A stretch of 64,000 bases of DNA, from assembly GCF_964204645.1 (NCBI RefSeq), contig NC_134029.1, positions 9,946,850-10,010,849 on the forward strand. Direction: 5' to 3'. The notes beneath the pieces are model-generated. The model had not been told where the DNA came from. It searched no databases and saw only the letters and a list, made by a program, of their open reading frames with translations. Position numbers and translations under genes: made by a program. Source of the stretch: Tubulanus polymorphus (lineage: Eukaryota; Animalia; Nemertea). Position 1 is the stretch's first letter, and every line of letters begins with the position of its first letter. This document shows, piece by piece, positions 11,821 to 25,147 of this stretch.

Positions 11821-13279
11821 CGCTGTTTATCGCCTGACCCACGTACACAGTATATATAGCGACGCACTCATCCGCCGCGCGCGTGCATATATATTCCCCA
11901 CCTATTCAATTCTGTTCTACCAAGTCATCATATTGTGTTACAACGCGCTGGCGGGTGGAAAATTGGACATCGCCGAAAAAGGAAAAAAAATCGGAATTTT
12001 GTATACCCGATCGTATCGTCGGAATTTCTTCACGCAAATCGGGAGGATTCCGAATAATTCGGGAGGGTTGGCAGCCCTGCTTATTTCCACATATGCTGGA
12101 AAAGACCCGGTCGAGCAGGTTCAGCGATATGACAAGTCCAGCAAAACTCATGTGCAGGTAAACCGTCCTGCCATAATCAAACTCTACAACCAGAGCATGG
12201 GTGGAGTAGATTTGCTTGACATGATGTCATCTCTGTATAAGCGACAGTTGAAGAGTAAAAGATGGTATCTGTATATCTTTTACCACACTGTCACCTTGGC
12301 AGTTGTGAATTCTTGGTTCTTGTACAGGCGAGATTGTAACTTACTTGGCATAAAGAAGACCATGCCCATGAAAGTATTCCAAGCCACCCTCGCCCAGGCT
12401 CTGGTAAAGAAGGGTAAGCCATGCCGTGGTCGTCCATCACTCGCAGAGCTCAAATCTCCACCGGCTAACAAGCATCGTGTGGCTACTCCAACTCCTGACA
12501 TCAGATATGAATGTGTTGACCATTGACCTATTCATGATGCAAATAAGCGCAATCGTTGCAAATTGTGCACGAAGGGATTCTCCCATTGGAAGTGTAACAA
12601 ATGTGAAGTATACTTGTGCCTGTTTCCACAGAGAAACTGCTATGCAACATACCACAGAAAGTAAGCTATGCAACATACCAAAGAAAGTAAATTACTTTTA
12701 AAATTTAATGGTCCTAGGTTGTTCTTTATGCCCTATAGGCTTAAAATACAGGTGGATATATTTTTAAGCCAGTTAGAAGTGTTCTTGGTCTTCAGAGGGT
12801 TAAATCATATGAATGTGCAGAATAATTCTTATGACATGTACATGAAACATTAGGCTAAATACTTAATTCCATCTGCAAATGATGTCATGCATTTGAACAC
12901 GCTGAAATTCCGAATGAGATCACTCGTGGCGGAAATGGAGGTATTGAGGCCTTCTGTGACGGTTGAAGCATAGAAGTGTAAGCAAACGGGAAGGACGTAA
13001 ACATTTCCCAAGATTGTAAACTATCAAAATTCAAAATTTTGATATAGGATATACCTTGCACGAAAAGTTTGACCTTGAACGGATCAAATTGAAAGAATTA
13101 CTACGGATCATACAAATGAAAAACTGGTGTACTGGATCCAACCCTCGTTCAAAAAATTGTACAGTTGCAGTTGATTTACCAGGTATGATCTTTTCCAATG
13201 ATTATGTTTAATGAATATCTTTATTCAATTACCTCATGCCGTCATTAAAATTTAATTGATCAGTGAGTTTCTATATTTC

Positions 13280-15300
13280 ACTAGGAATCTGCAAATTCTG
13301 CGAAACAGTGCTCAGTCAGAGTACTCAAAAGAAGGGGCCTGTTAGCAAATATACCCCGTTGTCAACTGTCTCTAAACCCGCATTGTTGCAGGAAGTGAGG
13401 ATAATGCGACAGAAAGTTAAAGAACAGGAGGCTGAGATTTTGTTCATTCAAAACAAATTGAAGAGTGGAACTGTGACAGTTGCAGAAGATATCAAGGTAG
13501 CCTAAGTGCAAATTTAAAACTTAAACTTAAGAATTAAACGTCATTTTGAAATCTTAAACATAAGAATAAAACGTCATTTTGAAATTTCGAGTATTATACC
13601 ACTTTTGATTAATTTCTTAATGTATTACAACAGGCCTCAGTCAAGTATTGGAAGAGACCAGTATTGAGAGCCCTTTCTTCAAGCTTTTTGGGGAGGAGCA
13701 AAAAAAGGCTACTTCCTGTAATTTACGTAGATGAGATGGCATCCCATGATGATTCAGTAAGTTTACCGGTAGTAAACTCTATATGCGAAAAGTTACAGTT
13801 ATGACTACAGTTATTAGCTGATTCCAAGTAGTTCAGTCACAATTTTCTCTAACTCTCTTTGTTTTCTTGATCTCAGATTTGCTATCTATCTCCATTACCC
13901 AAGAGCGTACATGAGGCTCTGCGAAACACAGGTGTCTTTCATCTACCGAATAAGTCATCTACCCAATAAGTCAACTCTGAGGGACTATACGAATTACTTT
14001 CAGCCAAAAGAAGGATTCCAAGTACATGTTTTTCAGGTTTTATGTTTATAGTCTTATGAGAACGTTAGTGTATTATCAACAAATTCGTCTGCACAGAACC
14101 AATTTATCAAAATATTTACAGGAACTCAAGAGTATTGCAGAGAAACTACCTTCAGAGAAGAAATATGTAGTGTTGCACGATGAAATGTCGGTGAGGAGAT
14201 CTCCTTTATGACCGAAGAGGCGGTGAAATAATCAGTTTCATTAATCCACAAGCATGGTGTTTTGATAAGGTGATGATTAAAAAACTGTTTACAGCAAAGT
14301 ACATATTTGCTAAATGATAGCTTGCATTGTACTATTAAAAATTATACTTGTCCTATTACAGAAATGGTCAGCAATGGACAGCAGTAGCGTCTCATATACT
14401 AGACTTCATGATAGTAGGCATCAATAACAATGTGAAGATGTTGCTCGGATATTTCGCCACCAGAACCGCAACAGCAGACATATTATACCCACTTTTCTGG
14501 GAGGCAGTCTCTTATGTTGAGTTACATGGTCTGAAGGTACATAAACTTAATAAAACCTAACTCTAAAAAATGTTGTACTCCTGTCGTCCAATAATATTAT
14601 AAGTACTTTTTTATATATTTCAGGTTATATCAAGTACATCTGATAAGGCATCACCTAATCAAAAACTTTATCGGATGCATGGCAATGAAGATGTAGTGAG
14701 TCAGACAATCAACCCGTATGCTGAGGAGGTCAGTCGACCGATATTTTTTATATCTGACCCACCACACCTTATAAAAACCATCAGAAATAAATTCTCACCC
14801 TTTCTCACTATTTGTAATAAAAACAAATCCATTTTATTACCTGGGGATTACCTAGAGGCTCTGGGTGATCGGTGTTCAATTTCTTTTTACAGGTTCTCAG
14901 TCGGTCAGTAGGAATCGTACTTCAGAATTACCATGGAGTAGTAGTCATTGAACTGTCCAAATTTATTTTGTTGTGCGACAGATTTTTTGACTGTTTGAAT
15001 GGTCGTTTGTTTAAAGAACACATTCACAAGAGGAAGCCAGACTTGGCATCGTATTACAGAATAGACGATCAAAGATTCCGGGTTAATATATTATGATTTT
15101 CTATATAATCAAGATAAATGTGCACTGTCGAAACTTCAACCAAATTTTTACATTTCTTTACAGTTTTTTGAGGGATTTCTTTACTTTCTTGAGACCTGGC
15201 AAAATAATGTTAACGGAAGGCAAGGGTTTACTCGAAGTGAGATGGAAAAGATGTTCCTCTCTCGACAAACCTACTAAGGGATTATCACTACAGGTTTGCA
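13280..15300 (+). mobile_element. P-element/THAP9-like transposase, multi-exon, decayed
   Basis: VLHDEMSVR, ASHILDFMIVG, STSDKASPN, FFISDPPHLIKTIRN, DRFFDCLN motifs separated by GT-AG introns, with frameshifts. Confidence 0.8.
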
Positions 15301-15375
15301 TTTAAGATACTCCTACAGGGAGATGGCAAACGATGTACCACACTACATGTTACGTTACGTCGAGGGTGAATTTTA

Positions 15376-16986
15376 AAACAAGGAGCCTATCGGCTTATAT
15401 AGCTCCACTGTGTGATTTGAAGAAATAGAAGCTGCATACCTAGGCGGTGCCCCCTTGTGGCCAAATCCACAAAGGATACTTTGTAGGTATTGGTCCATAG
15501 AACATTCATACCAATTGGACTTGATCTGATTAAAACTGTAGGACTAATAGCAATTTGAAGAAATAGAAACTCCATCTCCAGGGGTGCTCCCTGGTGGACG
15601 AATCCAAAAAATGGCACAGTTTCTTTATAGGCCTTGGTCCATTGTATCCATATGGACACATTGCCCAGTTGTGTAAATATTCTGATACTACAATTTGTTC
15701 TGTTACAATGAACTGAAAGTGTCATAAACTATAGGATTAACATTCTTAGCATAGGAATGACTTTGGGAGAGTGTCAGGGTATGGAGAAAGGGTATTTACC
15801 CGTTGCCATGGTGATGACTTGGTTCAAGTTACAAAATACTGGGTTTTTCCCCAGTGGTTCTTACTACACTGACCAAATGGATAAGACAAGCACCTATTTT
15901 TGTTATGAATGTTCCTAGACTTACACATTTATTCACTTTTTCAGATTGTTCCTGGTTATGGCGTTTTCTGCAGTGTCGTTCTATGGTCGCAGACGTGGAC
16001 AAAGCCAGTATCCTGTCTCCGGTAACGTATTTGATGACAATGATGCCAGTGATGGTGATGATGATAATTTTGATATAACCAATAATGTTGACGATTTGGT
16101 GGATGATTCTGATTATGATGTTGATGATGAAATCAGTGATTCAGATGATGGTGACTCAGAGACCAGAGATTCAGAGATGGAGGATGAACCAGATCCTAAT
16201 CTAGCCCCATTGACTTCATCATCTAAGGGTAAGAGACTCAAAAACAGTCGACAAACAACGAAATCAAAGCATGGACTAGATTCATGTAGCCTACATATTT
16301 ATGGTAAATGAATTGTTTTTATAATGTTTGTTGAAATTAATGAATAGTTTTTTGAATGTTTCTTTTAATAAAATTGTTTTTAGAGTTTTATAATACATTG
16401 CGTTATCAGCCATTGTGAACCAGTTCCGGCCTATGTGTCCATATGGATACAACACCCAGATTCCATCAAAATGGACCGAAATTTTTTTTCTCCATAAGAA
16501 ATCACTATTTGACACCTATAGAACTTCTGGGGGCATGGAAATAATTTTCCTTTTATAAATTCATGGTTTGGTCCAAAAAGGGTTAAAACTGTGGGGCGAG
16601 TAGCGATTTGAAGAAATAGAAACTCCACCCCCAGGGGCGCCCCCTAGGGACGAATCCAAAAAATGGCTCTTTACCTTTATAGGCCTTGGTCCATTGAACA
16701 TTCATACTAAATTTGGAATTGATCTGATTAAAACTGTAGGACTAGTAGTGATTTGAAAAATAGAGCTCCACCCCCAGGGCGGCCCCTGGGGGACGAATAA
16801 AAAATGTCTCTTTTACTTTATAGGCCTTGGTCCATAGAACATTCATACTAAATTTGGAATTGATCTGATTGAAACTGTAGGACTAGTAGCAAATTGAAGC
16901 AAAAGTTGACGGATGGACAGACGACAACGGATAAAACCCCTAACCCATCAGCTCCGCTGACCTTCTGTCACAGCGGAGCTAAAAAA
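15376..16986 (+). mobile_element. Non-autonomous Helentron/HINE-like element with internal ~140-bp tandem repeats, interrupted at about 15645-16560
   Basis: Starts AACAAG. Units beginning ATTTGAAGAAATAGA at about 15413, 15552, 16606 and 16751. GACGGACAGACG microsatellite-like tract and 3' hairpin AGCTCCGCTG..CAGCGGAGCT followed by an A-run. Confidence 0.6.
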
Positions 16987-17039
16987 GAAACTGGCTTAAA
17001 ACTGGGAACAAGTGCACTTATGTGTCTGCAACAAGAAGG

Positions 17040-17300
17040 ACTTATCAAGTAAATTTTTGATTTTGAGGGACATGGTTTTTCATAAGGATTAAAAAGGATG
17101 TGTTGGACCTCACATTCCAATATATGTCAAGAAATGGAGTCACAAATAAATTCCAGGGACAGAAAGCTTCAAATAATTGGTGGTTTGGTTTCAAAAAGCG
17201 AAAAAAGAGCAATCAAATAACTTCTGGGGAGAGAGGCACACTCATCACAATAATGATCTGTTGCAATGCAGCTGGTGACTTAATGCCTCCAAACAGCTAA
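17040..17300 (+). mobile_element. pogo/Tigger-like (CENP-B, DDE_1) transposase fragment, internally deleted
   Basis: KASNNWWFGFKKR fused to SGERGTLITIMICCNAAGDLMPP. Confidence 0.7.
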
Positions 17301-18512
17301 AGCAAATGATTGAGCAGAAGAAACCTGTGACATCGGTAAAACCATCATCTAAGGCTGGTTGAAAGAACATTTTGATTTCAACGCCAAATCAATTTGTGGA
17401 TGATAACTGATTGCTGCAACAAAATAGACACCGATTTGCTTTACATTTTATGTACAGCAAATCGGTCTCTATTATGTTGCAGCAAAACAACATTAAACAC
17501 AGGTCAACAAAAACCAAGCTGACATTAGCAAAGTGATCACAGTCATAATTAGTATCTTGTTTACAACCGCAGCCATCAATCACCTGAGTCGTAAACATTC
17601 GGGCTCAGTATTTCACCCTTATTGGCTAAGAATCATTGGTAAAATCTCAATTAATATCTTTTAAAAAGTCTCATCTCAGTGTTTATCAAAAAGGCCAAAG
17701 AAATCAAATGATTTATAGCTTAAACGTGTCTTTCAAAATATTTGTCAATTAATTAATTGCCATTATAAACTGGCTAGGATTATTGCTAAATCACTTGCTG
17801 CACAGGTAAGAAGAGCATAAGGTTACATTTGTATTTCATAATACTTACAGGCTTGTTGTCTGCAATCCAACATTTACAGAAATCACAAAATTTCTTCGGC
17901 TGAGATTTCCAGTAAGTTGCCCTAAATTAGGAATAATGAGATATAAACATCAAGCAATGATAAAAACAATGTTTAACGCAGAAACGCATTATTAAGAATG
18001 GTACAATATCATATTAGCATAGCCTACATGGCAAATTATTGTATTAAATTAGCAATTATCGCTCCGACCCAAGACGAAAATTGACTTCCTTCCTCTTTGG
18101 AATAGAAGTTGCGATGTCGGATATAGTGCAGATCTGTTCACACCTCTTGTACATGACCCCATCTTATCAACAAGACGCAAATGCATCTAAGCCTGGTTGG
18201 TCAGGTGCTAAGTGAAGTCGCTGTCAGCCAGCTTTGATGACATCATGACATACTGTATATCATTGTGTCAAATACTTGTTAAAGTCAACCAAGGATTTTG
18301 GCCTAAGAATTCATAGATTTTTCATGTTCCCCAAGTACAAGTCGACCTCAGTTTTTAGTATCACATCTCAGAAAACATGTTTAAATGAAAAGGAATCAGG
18401 AGAAGATCGTTATGGAAGTACATGTAAATGTAAGGTATCTAATTATCGATGTCGCTATCTCAATATGGCATCTAAGGGTTGATGTGGCTCGTGCATGTCT
18501 CTTTCTAAAACA

Positions 18513-18531
18513 TGGTGTCAGAAGTGGGATT
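18513..18531 (+). other. LTR-retrotransposon primer-binding site complementary to the tRNA-Leu 3' end, after a probable LTR end (..AAACA)
   Basis: TGGTGTCAGAAGTGGGATT directly follows CA. The same PBS precedes the Gypsy gag at 31871. Confidence 0.65.
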
Positions 18532-19279
18532 GTGATTGCATAAAGATTCAGGCTGTCATGAATAGATATTTAGCAGCAGACTTGCACCAGAAGTAACAAA
18601 ATAGTCACAGCAAAAAGTAAGTGGCTCTGAAAAAGCTTGAGTCCACTCGACACGTCTATTCATCAACTTCTGTTATCGACACAGATTGTTGAATTGAAAC
18701 GAACACAATCGCAATCTACGTCCATCAATAGAAAAGCAAAAAATGGCACACTCAATATCAGGTTTAAGTACCCGCCAGTAAAGGCAACCTGGATGTCCAG
18801 TGTCAATGAGAGATGCATCGGCAACATAAAATGAGGGAATAAGAAAGTGCTTGGAAAAAGCATCGTCTGTCAAGAAGAATAAGGAATGTTAATCAGAGAT
18901 GAGAAGTAGGGGGTTGAGGGCATGACAGCCTGGTCTGGTACAAATGATAATCAAGCGAACTGTCAAAGCGTTCTGTGCTGTGTTACACATAGTCATGTAT
19001 TGCTCTTTCCAAGCTACTACGGTTCATTTTGCTTTACACTGTATCTATTACGACTTGAACTTACAAACTTGCATGTATTTGATCAATCGGTTGCAGACAC
19101 ATGCAGCATCAGTACTAATATTTTTCCGCTAGTTCTTAGATAGAAAGTCTGTTGAATGTCCCATTCACCCGTACCCGACCAGTTACTTAACATATAACTT
19201 TGTGATTGTATTACAGACTCAGGTCACACATTAGTTTGTGATAGATATTTGGAGTATTATTCTAGCAGAGAAACTTATT

Positions 19280-20708
19280 TCAAGAGATTTTAACATTATT
19301 GGGACAATCATGCCTAACCGCAAAGGCTTACCGATGCAAATGAAAAATTCTAAAAATATGAAGAAAGGTGATCTGCGAGCAGCCAGAAAGGATGATATTT
19401 TAGTAGTACAGTGGAGAGACAAAAGAGTCATTACAATGATTACTAGTTGTCATGCATCAACAAAATGGGCTGTTGTCCCATCCAAGAAGGCTGGAGATCC
19501 GCCAAAGCGTAAACCACAGTGTGTGGTTGACTATAACATATGGGGGGTGTGGATCTTAACGATCAGTTGAGTGTGTACTACAACTTTGAAAGATCTTCTG
19601 TAAACTGGTGGAGAAAGATTTTCTTCTATCTTGTGGAAACTAGAATTGTAAATGCATACATTCTCTATAAACAGGATATGTTATTCCGTGGTAATGATCC
19701 GAAATCCATTTTGTCGACTAAATATTTCCGCATTTCATTGGTCAACAGTCTTGTTCCTGTGTTACCAGCTACAGCGCATAGAGCTAGGGTTGCAAATCCT
19801 ATGCAGAGATTAGATAACACCCCACACTTCCCAAAAAAAACCAGAAAAGTAATGAATGTAGAGTATGTAGTGACAGGAGTTTGGGGAAGTTGTATCGTAA
19901 TGAGACAACTAACACATGCACACAGTGCCATGACAATCCTCCACTTCACCCTGAATGTTTCGAGAGATATCATACCCTGAAAGACATCAAGCAGCCTAAA
20001 CAAAAGCCAGTATCAAAAACAAAAGTGTTCAGTGGTGGAAATCAGTGACTTTATTTTGGATTGACACTATAAAACAAAGTTGATCAAAGTTTATAGTGTT
20101 TCATAGACAATACATTTTCACTGGTTGCCATGGTAACAATGCATAGTCAGTAGATTATTATTATTATTATTTTCTTTTATTTAGCAAGGTCTAATATGAT
20201 AGATATTCAGAGATATATTTTTAACATTTCTTACATGTTCTAGCAGCAGAGAATTACAGTTATTTGATAAATTTTGATATTTCGTAAATTTTTTGTCGAC
20301 CGAGAGCTAGTCAGTTGGTGGTAATATTCTCTAAAATAAAGACCAGATTGTTATGAGTAGCCATGAATCGTTGAAGAACATCTGTCTGAATGTAAAATAA
20401 TAGCTAATTACATGTCTGCCCTATCATGTCATGAATTATAATCAATTATATAGTAGAATTTTCATATCATGGGAAGTCGGCGGCCATATTGGATGACCTT
20501 GTTACCATGGCAACGACCTATAATAATGAAATTTATTATTGTAAAATTTTCTTTACTCTAATATAAAGCTAACTGCTAAGTATAAAGTACATTGCTTTTG
20601 TAGTTTTAGTGTTATTGTCATTTGAAAATCAATTGTCACTTATGCTGAAATAAGGCAAAAAATGAGCTCCCTCAACAGGTGAAATCGGGCCCGCTCTGGA
20701 AGGGTTAA
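19280..20708 (+). mobile_element. Second piggyBac, 3' half (transposase C-terminus and 3' terminus)
   Basis: GTIMPNRKGLP, QWRDKRVITMITS, KPQCVVDYN, MGGVDLNDQ, WWRKIFFY. Terminus GGAAGGG|TTAA at 20698-20708. Confidence 0.85.
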
Positions 20709-21216
20709 GGCCTAACAGTCAATTCTCCAGAGTCAAATAAGTCCATCGGATCCAGTCGTCACAGCTAGCCAAAAGTGATTTTGGAATTTGTAGGCCTATG
20801 GAAGATCCAGAATAGTGTACATCTTTATCTTCTTTCCAGTTATATCACTGTGAAAGAAAGACCCCTGGACCTGAAGTGGCTTCAAATGCTCAACAATCTA
20901 AAAATTTCAATATTCAACACCCCTGGTGACCATATACAAAAACCAATGACCTTGAAACTCACCACAATCATAAAACATGTCAAATTAAATTCATGGATGA
21001 CAGCAGTCTGTGGCTTTCTGGAAATGACCTATCGTTGTTCATTTGAACCATATCCGGAGATGTTGAGCTCGTTAAGAATTTGTGCTGGAAATGGAGAGCC
21101 TCCCTTAGCCTGCCAGTTGGAATTTGCAGAGTCTAAATCCCATTTCTCAAATCTGCATCGACGGAGTGAATATTGGTTTGAAGGATCTTACATTAAGTAT
21201 TGGGATCTAACATTAA

Positions 21217-22080
21217 AGGTCCTATTACCTCTGATTTGGAATTTCTCCTTTTTTGGTTTCGATAAACTAAGTAGATACCGCTTTACTACTCAGTGTCGCT
21301 ATTTTTTTTGTTTGCGCAAACATATTCGGAAAAATTGGGTCTTAAAATACTTAACTCGCACATATCCATAAAAGCTAGTTCATTTTTGGCTACTAATCTC
21401 GGTGTGGCGCTTTAATTTTGTGACGTAGGTTCCGACAAACTTGATTCAAACTTTTGCGGATGGGAATGAATCGCCTCTACCCAGAAGTGTTTTTAGTCGG
21501 TTCTCCCACGTTTTACGAGCTTTATATTTTTACTCTGTTGTTCTACTGCATCCATTCATCTTTGTGTATTGTCATTTTTCCACTGTTGTATGTTGCGGAA
21601 ATCAGTTGAGAAAAAATGGTGTTCGCTCGGTTTTTAACTGCAGTAACGGGACGTCAAACGGGACGGCGTTAGGACCATATAGTTTAAGTTTTCATAAGTT
21701 TCCGTTAAGGAATAAAACGCTGTGCCAGCAATGGGTAAACGCGTGTAGGAGAAAAGATTTTCGACCGACAGTGCACTCAACTTTTTGCGGTGCTCACTTT
21801 ACCAAAGATTGTTTCGTGATACCGCCATCAGTTGCCCTGTCAATTGGATATTCGCCGGCACGATTCTTCTCAAAAAAAGAATTTTTTAATTTTTTAGCGG
21901 CTGGGTCATATTTGTGATCTCCAATAAAATTTGTAATCCGTTCATTTCTGTGACCGGTCGGGTCTGCTATCCTATCTTGATTCATTGATTTAACTTTTCA
22001 TTACAGATAATGAAAGAATTGTTGCCAACTACGCAGAGCACAAGTACGTTAACTATGGAGGAACAGGACACCGGGTCTCG

Positions 22081-22120
<40 letters not shown>

Positions 22121-22790
22121 ATATTGATACCGTTCTCAAGTCCTGTTACACCACCTGCTATCACCAAACCTAAAGCAATCTTCAACCCTGACGATTATGC
22201 CCTACCAATCTGTACCTTTGGAACACAGACATTAATTGTAAGTTTTTATCAAGCTTTTGTTTCGTAACAGTCGTAGAAATTCAGTTTTCCTTTCATTAAA
22301 AATTTATGAAAAATAATCTTTATAGGAACGTCGTCATACTGCAGTACAGTATGATGCGAGTTATTTTAGAGCTGAAGCTGATACCCAAACAGAGAGTAGG
22401 CCTAACAGTACAACATCTGCTATCCAGTGCGAGCTCTTATGTGACGATAATGAATCGGATGAATCGGACATGGTATGTGAGGATGATGAGGAAGAATATT
22501 TGGATCCAACCTGGAATCCTGATAATTTTAAGTAAGTATATAAATGTTTACCTAACCCTTTATTTGGAAATGTAAGGCCGGAACACTAGTTTTAATTCTC
22601 AAGGAGTACTTATGATATTCAATTAATACATACAAGTGAAACTAAAATCATGAATCATTTTAAATTCTAATAATTTTTTACAGAGATGACGGAGATGATG
22701 ATGAAGAGGTTACGACATACTCAGTACCAGTAGCCGATGATCCACTCATGGAGACAAAATTTCTCTGTTTTGAGTCAGCAGTGTTGTAAG
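21217..22790 (+). mobile_element. Kolobok-like transposon 5' part with THAP zinc finger
   Basis: TTAA|AGG start at 21213-21219, THAP domain (NCSN..FHKFP..QWVNACRR..FCGAHF, 21616-21830), acidic exons, then TKFLCFES at about 22755. Confidence 0.65.
22080..22120. repeat. (GAT)n microsatellite encoding poly-Asp in a TE exon
   Basis: About 13 GAT units. Confidence 0.9.
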
Positions 22791-22799
22791 GAAGATACA

Positions 22800-23222
22800 G
22801 GTCTCAGAATTCAGGCCAAAATTGACATTATTCGGCACAAAAAAGGTCACAGGACGGCCATCTTGAGTTCGATCAACCCACTTTTTCTTATGGGCTGATG
22901 GGCCCTTGGAGGATACAAATACCTCTGAAAGATCAACAATACAAGATAATTGATCAAAGGGTCTTCAAAATTTCCCTCGAAAACTTGAAATATATGTAAA
23001 AAGTGATGATTTTGGCGAGCAACAATGGCTGCCAATCGGCCATTTTGAATCTGACAGGGGCCGTTTTTGGGCTGAAGATGTGTCTATGGTAGATACATAT
23101 GTAAACCAAATATAAAGACATTACATTAAAGCGTCTTCAAAACTAACTGGATTCCTTCTAAAGACGAACGGAAGGACGAAAAGTGAACGCAATAGCCCGC
23201 TGCGGCTAAAATGGGCTAAAAA
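22800..23222 (+). mobile_element. Second HINE/Helentron-like non-autonomous fragment
   Basis: Repeated GGCCATCTTGA/GGCCATTTTGAA, GACGAACGGAAGGACG tract, 3' hairpin TAGCCC..GGGCTA plus A-run. Confidence 0.45.
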
Positions 23223-23239
23223 GCTGTATCTGCCAGAGG

Positions 23240-23560
23240 CTCCATTCTTCTAGCTGAACTTGTGGCAATTCAATTAGTACTTGAGCAGATGGTTATTGAG
23301 GTTCAATCTAACCCATCAGTTATATGTCAAATTAAAATCTGTGATAGCCAGACTACTGTTGGAATCCTTACACTCAATTGGAAAAACTCTTTATACCTAG
23401 ACACTGTCGATAGAATAAGGAATTCCTGGAAAGCTCTAAGCTTCCTGGGTTTCTATGTTGAATGCTTGTGGATGCCTGGTCATGCACACGTAAGAGGCAT
23501 TGAAATTGCAAACGGTCTAGCAAAGAAGCAGCCATTGTGGCAAAGGGTCTTCCACTGGGA
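23240..23560 (+). mobile_element. Non-LTR retrotransposon RNase H fragment
   Basis: AELVAI, CDSQ, WMPGHAHVRGIEIANGLAK. Confidence 0.75.
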
Positions 23561-23956
23561 TAATTCTGAAACTGGCAGAAAATATAATATCAAATCTGAT
23601 GTCAGCTTGATTCAACGTACAACTGTAAGGATAATCTCGACTGACTGTGGTTTTTCTTGCATGAACTGTTAGGCCCTATTGCTAAATAATGAAAACAAAA
23701 ACAGAACGATTTTTCAGAACTCAAAATACTCTGATGCATAATCGTGCATATCATGCGGTAGATCAACCGGACAAACGTACGCATCAAAACTTCGCACAGA
23801 GAGCGATGCCGGCGTTGGTGTCACTGAGGCAGGCTGAGGATTGCTTGTTTGTCATTTTGTTTGTTACATCGTTTGGACCTTGGTTTTCAATCCTATTGGA
23901 TTGTTCACTTAACCTCACGACGGGACGGCCTTTGAAGTGTTGCCGGAACTCTGTAA

Positions 23957-24045
23957 GCAGTCAGCAGGACTCGAACCCGCTTGACTCAGCACTGATAGTG
24001 GATGCAAAAGCATCGCGCCTTATCTCACTGAGCTACCGAGTCTGC
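23957..24045 (-). repeat. tRNA-derived SINE head or tRNA pseudogene
   Basis: Reverse strand has A-box TAGCTCAGTG and B-box GGTTCGAGTCC in a T-arm GCGGG/CCTGC. No canonical cloverleaf. Confidence 0.5.
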
Positions 24046-25147
24046 TCGATTCAATTCCAAAAGACTACAGTAGCGTCAAATAAACATCGTGATATTGCAA
24101 TTTACGACAAACGACGTGTAAATTTAATAACTGTTGTGGTGTTCAACGTATGGAAGAGATAACATTTAATTTTCCCGGCACGCATGACATCTATCTGCCT
24201 AGTGCGTCAGGGGCTGCTACCGCCTCGTGAGTGCGCAGTAGGCGGGCAGAGCATCTTAAAATGAAAACTTATCTTAGAATATAGCCGAATCGATGGGATG
24301 GAATTTTACAATAAAATGTCAGTCAACTGATTGATGACACAACATGGTTGTTCTCGGCGTACTTAACAATGATATTTTCCTCCAATAAACCGCTCTGGTA
24401 AAATTGAATACACCATCTATCTTTATTGGTGATATGGTATCATGGTTGGGTAGTACTGTTTACCGTTTGATGTTTTGTGTCATCATGAAATTGTTTCAAC
24501 TTTAGTAAAGGCGTTCCTGCCTGATCACATAACTTACCGATAATGCGATAGAATACATTTTTGGGCCAATTAAACAGAAATCTGGCGACGCTATCTTGGA
24601 GGGAATAATCGAAATATTATTTTGAGTCATTTTCAGCTGTGTCTAATGTTTTACGGGAACGGAGATACAATTTGAGGTTACTATGAAAAAGAGAAGACTC
24701 TTCTCATAGTTATTTTTGCATTTTCGGAAAGACCCGCCCAGTCACACGTGAACTGACCACGCCTTTGACTTATTGTTTTTTGCGGGTACCGGTATACCCT
24801 TTTAATTGGCGGTGCGTTTGAACGTTGTTTTTTCGCAGTTATACTTTTATGATCGTCGATGCGTTTGAACGTTGTTTTTTGCGGTTATACTCCTACAATC
24901 GTCGGTTTCAGTTTGTTAAGCAGTGACATCGGTTTCGTTAAAGATGTCACGAAAGGAAGAAGTCGCTTCAGGATTGCGTCGTTACACGTTCACAAACCTT
25001 TGAGAGGTGAACCATTTAGATCTCGGTGTATTGAAAATGAAAGAAGAGAGGATTGATGCATTGTCGGACTTAAGCGTGATGAGGGAGCTGACCCCTCCAT
25101 TTACACCATAATCATCTGTTCTCCACACTGAAGAGATTTATAAAGGA

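Larger units (their letters stand above)
7344..12079 (-). mobile_element. hAT DNA transposon with 6-bp TSD (hAT6/hATx-like), full length
   Basis: TIRs CAGGGCTGCCAACC at 7344 and GGTTGGCAGCCCTG ending at 12079. TSD CTTATT at 7338-7343 and 12080-12085. Confidence 0.92.
6151..12803 (+). mobile_element. piggyBac transposon (PGBD3/4-like transposase, decayed), split by a hAT insertion
   Basis: SIDENM, YMPKK.K.G, FAENYF, WLDNK (6151-7343) resume after the insert as LISTYAG..YNQSMGGVDLLD and a Cys-rich CRD (12080-12660). 3' terminus AGAGGG|TTAA at 12794-12803. The 5' TIR was not found. Confidence 0.9.

Noticed and set aside
18637-18873. Gag or protease ORFs downstream of the PBS at 18513
   Set aside because: No convincing retroelement motif in any frame.
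20775-21371. 198-aa ORF as a real gene
   Set aside because: No recognisable domain, non-ATG start, and it runs across the probable Kolobok terminus.
23957-24045. Functional tRNA gene
   Set aside because: A and B boxes are present but the acceptor and anticodon arms do not give a canonical cloverleaf; treated as SINE-like.
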